From a virus, in IMG/VR virus record IMGVR_UViG_3300020472_000018, positions 11,930 through 75,929 of that record: a DNA stretch of 64,000 nt, one strand, 5' to 3'. How positions within the stretch are numbered: position 1 is the stretch's first letter; every line of letters starts with the position of its first letter. Under the pieces are notes generated by a model. It did not search any database. It was given only the letters and a program-made list of their open reading frames with translations, and was not told the origin of the DNA. The position numbers were made by a program, and so were the translations under genes. Positions 32,901 through 40,521 of this stretch are shown here, piece after piece.

Positions 32901-33413
32901 ACAACAGAAGGAACAGAGAAAATTGCAATTAAATTATATACAGATTCTGGTTATACTAATAATGTAGCAAATACATCAATAATTACAATATTTGATACAT
33001 CAACAACTTCTAATCCAGTTTATGTTTTATCAACACCAGAATCTATTATTAGGGAAGGTGATACATTTACAACAACAGTAACAACAACTAATGTTGTAGA
33101 TTCTACTGATCTTTGGTGGAAATTAGAAGGTATTAATTCAAGTGATTTAACAACTGGATCTATTGAAGGACAAGGTACTGTTATTTCTAATACGTTTAGT
33201 TTCTCTCATGCTCTTGCAAAAGATATGGCTGAAGAGGGTACAGAAATTATTCAGATAAAATTATTCAGTGATTCTGCTAGAAATAATCAAGTTGGTAATA
33301 CTCTTGGAGTTACTGTTAAGGATACATCTCAACCAGGATTTAATGTTGACGTAACAGCACCTAACAATAATGAATATATATTAATAGGAAATGATACAGA
33401 CGGAACTATCTAG
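26985..33413 (+). CDS. Giant virion protein: subtilisin-like (S8) protease plus 9 Calx-beta/Ig-like repeats
   Basis: Triad motifs DVVVTDNG, DHGTPCAS, FSGTSSACP; oxyanion SSGN; nine ~110-aa NEG..LYW..DF..TEG.E..LYTDS repeats. Confidence 0.8.
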   Translation: MARKNYQVKAKDGTCWQKIHHFLCCTTYNELNIPDRECLCKDDAKYDETIGTYQLSLAEAEELRKHPDIQYVELDSTFHAHEMGSKGGHMNEDIEWHSNRFGKNVKNYRDLHYVPDTPQLVQSSLMTITGQSGQGTTNWIKVKDVHPNTDALNYWQLVGFPLIYDYAVYPSAPTNANDPDPLRNSTQTGSNLITISSTGPYQLFVAADGEYASIEWIRDDGYKIFPDLTSGRRQYPANTMDLIPNIPAGMENFYSGWNGRTDGKTGTTKEIIDSSLYWGIKYQIINLGILKAGTHTITYQIRNGSHGDPNKEDWNNNPGGIAWQIYSMGGYTADYYTQQGISGDYKSYVSDVNYIIGTSTWDSAEWNRTGYQLLRCQESSTTNPWASSTRTVKNQDIQYTNDGLDVDVVVTDNGHWFAHPEFCTGENDPPNYISGNVLNRSGKCGVLDMILDAPYYLDPEWFDSDPSNRLTTRWDGTRVPVESVARAWWYSASLRSRISTGQSYDFPDFGGFAISATYTRAYCNGTKTNVPSIFSRGDHGTPCASQAYGKNYGWAFNANKWSITLWAVTSTVTYRVTQIFHKHKPNNPKFNTKNPTISSNSWGKTSRNLLDNDDVYTYEYRGTAYGQTDQNIKDGVSIPGGVSKILDIPHFIKQGGGRESISYLNTFTPTPDQTFIKLPYSRGQSLEAGEENALKAAITEGVIFSFSSGNQAFYLTQEGDVDHNNKVIKENGTEWYIHRAPYPMGVKDDSGYDLFSIGAIDNELKSRWSLTSDTIFKDKGTGTTSKYQNDNIETLARGSAGKKVLSAAGNNDLKFAECGMANIESMVDSEDYSNRGNHIDFYAPADGTLAADIAINYATDTQNPSTGGDGPHRMEIVRGEIVTGNNRFCDTQFSGTSSACPVTVGLLACAMQQNRGWSCTQLKTYLKQQISPETSSTFYLGYEPGSNPDSLKWAADFTTNETDVRIIREISGSKTTPNPVYEATSGLAPSRPNLNERFSVTSGSAKVKIIGIREFTGSDAGNPVELRIGNGYYLMQITTDTAYSYGSFANTTIAGYKFKIKEGSNDQVIQVSDNNGSSWTALEISTVNGNFVIGSQGEVYYYLNVDDSVGLPEQPSNPTYVINLSPSTSVNEGSTLVTTITTTDVDSFTPLYWRLDGAGINSSDFSSGSLTGFGIVNSQGSFQFSHTLANDLTTEGTQTLNVKLFTDSSRQIQVATTSIQIIDTSISSSYAISPTKTTPNEGETFSYGIGTSGVANGTTLYWEITGSVMSSTDFTPSSLTGSVTINNNGAAVTKTIREDLVTEGNERIIFKVYTDAGRTNEVASNNSVVIQDTSTAPTTPTYTITPSNTTLNEGDTLTTSVTTQNVSNGTTLYWLIDQHTGAINTSDFSNGMSGSVSINNGSASFTNTIVADNLTEGEEKFAIKLYTDSGHTNNVANTSTITITDTSQSKTYSLSASSTTLNEGSTVTTTVTTTNVSNGTVLYWELSGTGITSSDFSSGSLTGSGTINAQGTFNFSHTLDNDVTLEGSETIAVRLYTDSGRTTQVGNTLSIIVNDTSIPQATYSISPNPTSVNEGSSFTTTVTTTNVSNGTTLYWRLEGTNIDGNDFSTGALTGSGSISNNTFNFTHTLASDATTEGSETIAVKLYVDSARTVKVAEASVTINDTSQTPSTPTYVISPSKTSINEGETLTTTVTTSNVADGTTLYWQLDQHTGSVSAADFSSGAWNGAGTTSSSQFTFQHTVAADTTTEGEEKFAIVLATDAGFSNIVATSTVITINDTSTDSATPTYSLSSNLDPVNEGQFLSITVTTTNVASNTTLYWQFSGTNITASDFNEGILESNIVTDATGSKAFGTTLRNDILTEGSETMMVKLFTDSARTTQVGNTLSITINDTSTSQAPTYSISPSVTQLNEGQSFTTTVTTTNVNDGVTLYWIIDEHTGTINAGDFSSGALSGSGNISSGGFAFSHTVAEDATTEGTEKIAIKLYTDSGYTNNVANTSIITIFDTSTTSNPVYVLSTPESIIREGDTFTTTVTTTNVVDSTDLWWKLEGINSSDLTTGSIEGQGTVISNTFSFSHALAKDMAEEGTEIIQIKLFSDSARNNQVGNTLGVTVKDTSQPGFNVDVTAPNNNEYILIGNDTDGTI
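30340..33330 (+). repeat. Nine tandem ~330-bp coding repeats
   Basis: Units start at SVNEG, TPNEG, TLNEG, TLNEG, SVNEG, SINEG, PVNEG, QLNEG and IIREG; boundaries approximate. Confidence 0.8.
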
Positions 33414-33418
33414 GAATA

Positions 33419-36400
33419 ATGCCAAGTAATCCAGAAGTAAGAATTAAAGAAGGTGAGAGAATTAATTTTCATGTAGATGCAACGGGTCATCCGTTCTACA
33501 TTAAAACAACAGATACAACAGGAAGTGGAGATTTAGTTAATGGTGTAATTAATAATGGAGCAACTGATGGTACGGTTAACTGGACACCATCACTTGGAGC
33601 TGCAGGAACTTATTATTATAAGTGTGGTAATCATGCTGCAATGGGTGGAACCATTACAGTATTAAGTGTTGCACCATTACCAGGATATAATATTGATGTA
33701 ATAGCACCAAGTAATACTGGGTATAATCTTTCAGGAACAGATAGAAATGGTTCAGTAAATGGTAATGATGTAGATGTAACTATTAGGGAAGGAGATAGAG
33801 TTAATTTTTTAGTAAATGCTTCAGGGCATCCATTTTATATTAAAAGTGATCCTGTTACTGGAACTGCTAATCAAATAGCAGGTGTTAGCGGTCAAGGATC
33901 TGAAACACAAACAGTTACTTGGATTGCTCCAGCAGGATCAACAGGAACTTATTATTATCAGTGTGGTAATCATGCTGCAATGGGTGGAAAACTTATAGTA
34001 CAATCATCAACTGGTAGTACTAATCCTGGTAATAGTAATAAAGTATCTAATGGTGGTCCTCTTACACAACATCAGAGTGGACCATATTTTGATGTTGAGA
34101 AAGCAGGTCCTTATTTTACAGGTAGTGTTCCTATTAAATGGAGCAAGATGAGACAATATTTTAAAGAAATATATCCTGTTAATAATGCAGTTCCTGTTTC
34201 TGCATCAGAGATGAAAAGGAATACTAATGTTGATGAATTAGATCCTATTGTTCCAAATTCTACTGAGAATGAACAGATAGCAGCTACTACTGAATTTAAT
34301 TGGAAAGCATCTCAAATGAGAGGTTCAATTAAGAGATATTATGCAGATCAAAGATCTAATGCCACAGAATTGAGTATGGCTAGATTTACTGGTGGTAATG
34401 GTATTGATTGGTCAAATGGTGGAACAAGTGGAGTAGATAGTACTAATAATTCATATGGAAATATAACAAGAAATGTTCAGAAAATTACATTTCTGGATAT
34501 GATAAGTGGAAGTGGTGATACTGGTAATAATGGTACAGTAGGTGGTGGGGGAGTAGGTAATGATAAAGTCCCTGCTGCTAGATTAACGCCAAGTAATCCT
34601 ATACCTGCAAATAATTTTAGGATTCAAGTTGATGGTGCGATTTATGGATCTGCTGGTAGAGAAGCATTATTTAATTATGCTACTCAAACAGATAAAACTA
34701 AGAGTGATCCAGGTAAAGATGGTGGTACTGCGTTAAAGATAGTTCATACAGGAAATACTACTCAAGTATATGTTGGTAATAATGCCAAGATTTATGGTGG
34801 TGGAGGTGGTGGAGAACAGGGTGCAATGGGATATATCCATCCTGATGGATTGGATGCGATGAAAGGTATATGTGATAAAGAATATGCTGCTAATGCAGCT
34901 TGTGGTGCAACTCCAGGTTGTGATGGTGGAGATACTTTAATAGCACAGGCAAGTGGTGGATGTTGTAGATATGGTCCTGATTGTATTGATAGTTGGTTTG
35001 GAACTTGGTGTACTACTGTTTGTAAGGCAAATTGGCAAACTGGAACTTGTTTAAATTCAGTTCCTTCTGAGAATCCAATCCAAGGTAAAGGTGGAATGGG
35101 CGGCTGGGGTGCTGGATATGGATATACACAATGGGTTGGTGGTGGACCTCAAAATGCAAAAGCTGGAGAAGATGGTACTGAAGGTGGTTGTCCAACTTGT
35201 TTATCTGGTGCTGAACTTAGAGTAGATACTGGACTTTGTTCTACTGATGGTGGTAAAGGTGGAGATGGTGGTGATTATGGTCAACCAGGACAATCAACTA
35301 CTGGTATAGATGGTGATGGTGGTAAAGCTGGTGCAGCTATTTGCGGATCTCCATTTGTACTTGGTGGTAATATTAGTAATAGTTCAATAAAAGGAAGATA
35401 TGATGGACCTTGTGAAGGTGCAGGTTCACAACCAGCACCAAATCCTGATGCTCCTACAGTAACAATCGGGGCTCCTTACTATGTAAGATTTAAGGAAAAT
35501 CCTGTTAGTCATTTAATGGTTAGTGGTCCAGGTACTTGCGACTTCAGGATGAAACATAGTTGGACTGATAAAGCTGATAAAGGATATGCGTTGGATAGTA
35601 TGTCATTTGGTGGATTTGCTCAAACTTTTGCTGCTGGTAGAGCATACTGGGGTAGATCTTATGACAATCCAATATCATATGCTATGGATGTTGCTTGGTC
35701 TCCGTTTATGAGAGAATATGCAGTATTCCCTGCATCTTCAAATGGAGGAACTCCAACTGATTGCTTACCAGATCAAGCTCAAACCGCAGTTTATAGATTT
35801 AATGTTACTGGTGGTGCTAATGCTTATACATTTAAAGCACAGGCAGATAATAATGCAAAATTCTCTATAAAAGGACCTACTTTCCCTGGAGGATTTCCTT
35901 TAGGTGAAGTAGAAACATTTAGTAATCCTACTTCTGATTTTATAAGAGTACCAAACTTTACGTTGGCTGCAGGACAATATGATTTAACTGTAACAATAAC
36001 AAACTCTTCCTTCCCTCCAGGACAAGAACCAGCACCAGGTGCTAATAATAATTGGTATTATAATCCAGGTGGTGTTGCTTTCTGGTTACAAGGTCCTGGT
36101 GATACTGATGAATCAGATGAACTTTCCGAAAGAGATTGGACTTGTTGTTCATTAGATTTCACTAAAATACAAGAAGATGGTGTGTTTATGAGTGATGTTA
36201 TCTCTTTACCTGAAGGGGAATATCCTATTACATGGACTGGTTTAAATGCTACTAATGGCACTACTTATCCAAATCCAAATCAACTATCAAATAATACTAA
36301 AAAGATTATATTATTTGATAGTCATGGTACTGATGCTAACCAGACTTTTGAGTTATGGCATCCAACTTTAGATGTACCTTATACAGCTGCTGCTATGACT

Positions 36401-36580
36401 TGGAATGTTAGTGGACAGGTTACTAGAATATTTGGATCATCTAATCCTAACGATCCAACATTCTCTTTACCTGCTAGTTCTTCTGGTACTACTACAATGA
36501 GTCCAGAGAGAACAACAACTTATACTGTAAATGCAACTGGTCCTGGTGGTACAAATAGTAAAAACTGTACGATTAAGTAA
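33419..36580 (+). CDS. Virion protein with two cupredoxin-like domains, a Gly-rich adhesin-like region and a PA14-like domain; probable frameshifted continuation of 26985
   Basis: Two copies of GHPFYIK...YYYxCGNHAAMGG; [16 protein letters not shown]; the first repeat begins in the upstream ORF. Confidence 0.7.
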   Translation: MPSNPEVRIKEGERINFHVDATGHPFYIKTTDTTGSGDLVNGVINNGATDGTVNWTPSLGAAGTYYYKCGNHAAMGGTITVLSVAPLPGYNIDVIAPSNTGYNLSGTDRNGSVNGNDVDVTIREGDRVNFLVNASGHPFYIKSDPVTGTANQIAGVSGQGSETQTVTWIAPAGSTGTYYYQCGNHAAMGGKLIVQSSTGSTNPGNSNKVSNGGPLTQHQSGPYFDVEKAGPYFTGSVPIKWSKMRQYFKEIYPVNNAVPVSASEMKRNTNVDELDPIVPNSTENEQIAATTEFNWKASQMRGSIKRYYADQRSNATELSMARFTGGNGIDWSNGGTSGVDSTNNSYGNITRNVQKITFLDMISGSGDTGNNGTVGGGGVGNDKVPAARLTPSNPIPANNFRIQVDGAIYGSAGREALFNYATQTDKTKSDPGKDGGTALKIVHTGNTTQVYVGNNAKIYGGGGGGEQGAMGYIHPDGLDAMKGICDKEYAANAACGATPGCDGGDTLIAQASGGCCRYGPDCIDSWFGTWCTTVCKANWQTGTCLNSVPSENPIQGKGGMGGWGAGYGYTQWVGGGPQNAKAGEDGTEGGCPTCLSGAELRVDTGLCSTDGGKGGDGGDYGQPGQSTTGIDGDGGKAGAAICGSPFVLGGNISNSSIKGRYDGPCEGAGSQPAPNPDAPTVTIGAPYYVRFKENPVSHLMVSGPGTCDFRMKHSWTDKADKGYALDSMSFGGFAQTFAAGRAYWGRSYDNPISYAMDVAWSPFMREYAVFPASSNGGTPTDCLPDQAQTAVYRFNVTGGANAYTFKAQADNNAKFSIKGPTFPGGFPLGEVETFSNPTSDFIRVPNFTLAAGQYDLTVTITNSSFPPGQEPAPGANNNWYYNPGGVAFWLQGPGDTDESDELSERDWTCCSLDFTKIQEDGVFMSDVISLPEGEYPITWTGLNATNGTTYPNPNQLSNNTKKIILFDSHGTDANQTFELWHPTLDVPYTAAAMTWNVSGQVTRIFGSSNPNDPTFSLPASSSGTTTMSPERTTTYTVNATGPGGTNSKNCTIK

Positions 36581-36977
36581 AGAATAATTCAACTCCAATA
36601 GGTTCACCAAAACTATAATCATATTCTAAAGCATCTGCACAAACATAATGTGGGTGATCTATTGATACGTCTAGACGTTCACATATTTCTTTATGATTAT
36701 CTTCCATTAATTCTATGCAATAAAGCATATTATCTAGTACGTGATCGAGATTATGATACTTAACTAATTCATCTCTTAACTCAACTAGAAAGTTACCAGA
36801 ACCTGCAGAGTTATCTAAAAACTTTGACTTTGGGTTCTTTCTAGTTTCTAATGGTATTCTTTCTATCATTTCTCTACAGATCTCAGGAGGTGTAAAGACT
36901 TCTTGAGTTTCTGCTATTCTTTCATCAGATCTTTCTATACTAGATCCTGTTTCTTGATTGTGTTTATTCTTTGCCAT
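36573..36977 (-). CDS. Amino-DNA methyltransferase, SAM-binding half only
   Basis: EVFTP (motif X), FLDNSAGSGNF (motif I), LYCIEL (II), ADAL (III); no NPPY. Confidence 0.8.
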   Translation of the reverse strand: MAKNKHNQETGSSIERSDERIAETQEVFTPPEICREMIERIPLETRKNPKSKFLDNSAGSGNFLVELRDELVKYHNLDHVLDNMLYCIELMEDNHKEICERLDVSIDHPHYVCADALEYDYSFGEPIGVELFFT

Positions 36978-37570
36978 TAGTGTATGTAAGTAGAGATAAT
37001 ATATTTTTTAGATTTGAGGGGTGGGCATCCACGATGTATGAAATTCCATACGGCAGGAAACATAACTAGCTTTCCCACAGTTGGAGTAACTAATGTTCCA
37101 TCTGCAAATTCTGTATGACCACCACCATCATTTGTTAAATCATTTAGATAGTATAGCATAGCAAACATTCTAGGATGATCTTCTTGGGTATTATCATTAT
37201 GCCAATTAAAATATCCACCTGGTTCGTAACTTTTTACATTATAACCTGCATCTTCAAACTTACAACTTCCAAATGGAGTTGGTACTGGATCTAGTTGATT
37301 AAAACCTTCATAACAATGATCGAGATAGTTTTGTATATTTTCTGAAACATTTTTTGAAAGTATATTATCAATGTCTTTCCATTCTTTAAAGGGACTAATA
37401 AAAAGATCTTCAGAATCTTTTAGAGTTTTATCAACAACTAATTGACCTCTTCTTAGTATATGACCTGCTTGTTTTCTATCATCATTTTCAAATCTATCAA
37501 TAATTTCTTTACACAGATCTTCTGGTAAAGCATTATTGTTAGTATAGATGTAATCTTCAAACTTTATCAT
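36977..37570 (-). CDS. 2OG-Fe(II) oxygenase
   Basis: WHND, RMFAMLYYLND, GGHTEF, FIHRG, KKY. Confidence 0.85.
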   Translation of the reverse strand: MIKFEDYIYTNNNALPEDLCKEIIDRFENDDRKQAGHILRRGQLVVDKTLKDSEDLFISPFKEWKDIDNILSKNVSENIQNYLDHCYEGFNQLDPVPTPFGSCKFEDAGYNVKSYEPGGYFNWHNDNTQEDHPRMFAMLYYLNDLTNDGGGHTEFADGTLVTPTVGKLVMFPAVWNFIHRGCPPLKSKKYIISTYIH

Positions 37571-38894
37571 ATGCCTCCATATATGCTTTGATTATTTTAT
37601 TCTTGCCACAGTGACCTCTACCATTAGTATCTGCTTTAGCAACTTTCCGTAAAGTTGGTTCGAGATTTACCAATCTCTCTACAATCTCTGGTTTTGCTTT
37701 AATAAAATTATGTCCTTTTGCATAATGAGTAAAATCTTTAGTTAAAACTTTACCAGATGGGCCATCACCAAATTCTCCAATAAAAACATCTGCGTCAAAT
37801 CTGTCTTCATATTTTAAGAATTGGAAATCTAAATGTGTTCTATATACTGGAATTAATTTTCTATTACAATTTCTTACTTCCCACTCTTGAATACACGCAT
37901 CAATTCCAGTAGGAAAACATTTAGGATCAACATCTTCACTAGATTTGCAATGTAGATCGAGATTTACCAAATTCATATTGGAATCACCTTTAAGTGATCT
38001 TGGTAAAACTAAGAGGATCTGTCCATTTTCACCTACTTTCTCTCCTGATTTATTCAAGAAACTAACTGCTAGTTTACCACCTGTACCATAAGGAGGATTA
38101 CCAATGATTGCATCAAATTTCATGTGTTTTCCTTTGAATTGATTTTGGGTGATACGAGTTATATATTCTGGATTATCAATAAACTCATCTTTAGCAAAAT
38201 ATTTGTATGCTTGATCTGTAAAGAGATTGGTGAATCCCATTTTTGTTATCAAATAATTGCAAAAGTGTCCATGAGCATCTTGTGGAATGTATATTCTAGC
38301 ATCTTTTGGTAAATCTTTCAACCTTTCACATAGATCAAATATTACTTGACGATCAGGGATTCTGTGCATATCATCTTTTCTTTTCTTTGAGTTCTTCTTA
38401 GTAACTAATGGAGAGAATCCTGTATCTTTTTGATAGGTTCTATAATAATTATCCATTCTCTTTACCAGTTCACCAATATTATGAACTGCTTGAGACCAAT
38501 TAGTCTCTAAAGGATTTACTCTTAGTTCTGGTGAACCACCAAAAGGATTTGTTTTACTCCATCCAATCTTTCTCATTTCTTCCCGAACATCATAATCACT
38601 AAGATCAGGATGTACTTCCCATTTAGCAAGTAGATTAACAGCTTCTGGACATTTGGAATAATCTCCATCAGTGAATCGAATTAAATTATTTCCTATCGTT
38701 CTTTCGGTTAAGGTTTCACCAACATACAAAGGTAAACCAAATTTAGTATAATCTGGGTCACCAAGATCATACAATCTCACTATTGATGGAAATTGATGAA
38801 CGTAAATTGTATTTGTTTTTTTGGGAACTTCTTCTTGCTCTTTAAAGAATGGATCAACCTGTTCTTGTATAGCAGCGACTAGTCCATTAGTCAT
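37557..38894 (-). CDS. GIY-YIG-like domain fused to DNA methyltransferase catalytic (NPPY) half
   Basis: N-terminal IYV..YVGET..R..S.CPE..D..V; degenerate motif I (YIPQDAHGHF); KFDAIIGNPPY. Confidence 0.65.
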   Translation of the reverse strand: MTNGLVAAIQEQVDPFFKEQEEVPKKTNTIYVHQFPSIVRLYDLGDPDYTKFGLPLYVGETLTERTIGNNLIRFTDGDYSKCPEAVNLLAKWEVHPDLSDYDVREEMRKIGWSKTNPFGGSPELRVNPLETNWSQAVHNIGELVKRMDNYYRTYQKDTGFSPLVTKKNSKKRKDDMHRIPDRQVIFDLCERLKDLPKDARIYIPQDAHGHFCNYLITKMGFTNLFTDQAYKYFAKDEFIDNPEYITRITQNQFKGKHMKFDAIIGNPPYGTGGKLAVSFLNKSGEKVGENGQILLVLPRSLKGDSNMNLVNLDLHCKSSEDVDPKCFPTGIDACIQEWEVRNCNRKLIPVYRTHLDFQFLKYEDRFDADVFIGEFGDGPSGKVLTKDFTHYAKGHNFIKAKPEIVERLVNLEPTLRKVAKADTNGRGHCGKNKIIKAYMEAYDKV

Positions 38895-38916
38895 TGGATT
38901 AATTAATTATGAGACT

Positions 38917-38972
38917 ACTATAATGGATTTGATAGGAAGTGTGACCGTACCTAGTCCACTTTGTAAACTGGG
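38917..38972 (-). promoter_or_regulatory. 56-bp palindrome/-10 early-type promoter element
   Basis: CCCAGTT-N4-AAGTGGACT-N30-TATAGT on the minus strand, upstream of 38894. Confidence 0.6.
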
Positions 38973-39052
38973 TTAACATTCTGGAATTTATACATACCTT
39001 TGGTATGGTTGTACGGGAAGCTTTATAATTCTTTAAGAACCAATGGGGGGGA

Positions 39053-39080
39053 TTGACATCCTCTTTTTTTATGGTATAGT
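39053..39080 (+). promoter_or_regulatory. Sigma70-like promoter
   Basis: TTGACA-N16-TATAGT with TG extension. Confidence 0.65.
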
Positions 39081-39106
39081 AGGATTGTCGTTACATATAC
39101 AAACAC

Positions 39107-39298
39107 ATGACACAACAAATGAATCCTCTCTGTGAGGCAGAGTTTATTACAGACCTATACTTACATCACGCAGTTCAAAGTGTTGATGCTAGACTTGGTG
39201 AGGGTTATGCAAAAAAGAATCCTCAATTAGTATCTACTATGGTTTCTCTTACTGCAACAGAACACCAAAATGCTATTGATAGAAATTTGAGGGACTGA
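39107..39298 (+). CDS. Hypothetical protein
   Basis: 63 aa between a promoter and a terminator. Confidence 0.65.
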   Translation: MTQQMNPLCEAEFITDLYLHHAVQSVDARLGEGYAKKNPQLVSTMVSLTATEHQNAIDRNLRD

Positions 39299-39347
39299 TC
39301 TCTAACTGTCACAAGACCCCTTCGGGGGTCTTTTTTTATGCTATAAT
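39293..39347 (+). promoter_or_regulatory. Palindrome/-10 early-type promoter element
   Basis: GACTGAT-N4-AACTGTCAC-N29-TATAAT. Confidence 0.7.
39313..39337 (+). terminator. Intrinsic terminator (UUCG loop) nested in the promoter element
   Basis: AAGACCCC-TTCG-GGGGTC-TTTTTTT. Confidence 0.85.
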
Positions 39348-39366
39348 ATATCCATATTAAAGTTTA

Positions 39367-40521
39367 GTGATGCCATTACGTCCACACCAAATTGATGCTC
39401 TGGATGCTATGGCAAACCATTCTAAGGGGCAAATCATTGTTCCTACAGGTGGTGGTAAAACCATGTGTATGATAGAAGATGCTAAGAAAGGGGGTACTAT
39501 TGTTGTAGTTGCTCCTCGTATCTTATTGGCAGAGCAATTATCTTCTGAGTTTTTGGAACAGATTGATGATGTATCTGTGATGCACGTCCATAGTGGGGAA
39601 ACATCCCACTATTCTTCAACAAATGTTTGGGATATTTATTGGTGGTATAGAAGAACAAAAGGAAATAAGATTATATTTACTACCTATCATTCACTTGATA
39701 AGGTTAAAAGGTCTACAGTTGATGTAGATACCATTTACTTTGATGAGGCACATAACAGTGTTAATAGAAACTTTTTCCCTGCTGTGGAACATTTTGCAAC
39801 TGTGGGTGCTAACAGGTGCTATTTCTTTACTGCTACTCCTAAGCATAGTTCTGCTGTTAAGAAAGTTGGAATGAATTATAAGGAAGTATATGGTGATGTA
39901 ATTATGAATGTACCAGCACCTAAGTTGGTTAATGAAGGTTATATCCTTCCACCTAAAGTTGAGGTATATAAAACCAGATTGCTTCAAAAAGATGAGATAT
40001 ATGCTGAAACTGAATCAGAGAATATTCTCAGTGCTATTGATAACTTGAGTGTGGATAAGGTTCTTATATGTGCCAAATCTACTAAGCAGATTATTAGTTT
40101 AGTATCTCAAACTGATTTTTGCTATAAGTTAAAGGAGAATGGATATAATTGGATGTATATCACTGCTAAAACAGGTGCTATAATCAATGGTAAAAAGGTG
40201 GGTAGAGAGGAGTTTTTTAATACATTGAATGGATGGGGTAGAGATGATACAAGGTTTATTGTACTCCATCACAGCATCCTTTCAGAAGGTATTAATGTTG
40301 CAGGTCTTGAGGCAGCATTGTTTATGAGGAATATGGATTATATTAGCATCAGTCAAACGATTGGTAGAGTGATCCGATTAGGAAAGTGTCATAAGACTCA
40401 CGGAAAGGTATGTATTCCTGTGTATAATAATGTTGGGATTAGCACCGCAAGAAAGGTTGAGGCAGTAGTTGATACTGTGTTCAATAAGGGTGAACCTGCA
40501 ATTTCTGTTATTAAAAGATGA
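39367..40521 (+). CDS. SF2 DEAH helicase (ResIII-like)
   Basis: LRPHQ, PTGGGKT, FDEAH, TATP, LSEGINV, QTIGRVIR. Confidence 0.9.
   Translation: MMPLRPHQIDALDAMANHSKGQIIVPTGGGKTMCMIEDAKKGGTIVVVAPRILLAEQLSSEFLEQIDDVSVMHVHSGETSHYSSTNVWDIYWWYRRTKGNKIIFTTYHSLDKVKRSTVDVDTIYFDEAHNSVNRNFFPAVEHFATVGANRCYFFTATPKHSSAVKKVGMNYKEVYGDVIMNVPAPKLVNEGYILPPKVEVYKTRLLQKDEIYAETESENILSAIDNLSVDKVLICAKSTKQIISLVSQTDFCYKLKENGYNWMYITAKTGAIINGKKVGREEFFNTLNGWGRDDTRFIVLHHSILSEGINVAGLEAALFMRNMDYISISQTIGRVIRLGKCHKTHGKVCIPVYNNVGISTARKVEAVVDTVFNKGEPAISVIKR

Noticed and set aside
38990-39012. Hairpin CATACC-TTT-GGTATG in the divergent intergenic region
   Set aside because: Single short stem with no supporting context.
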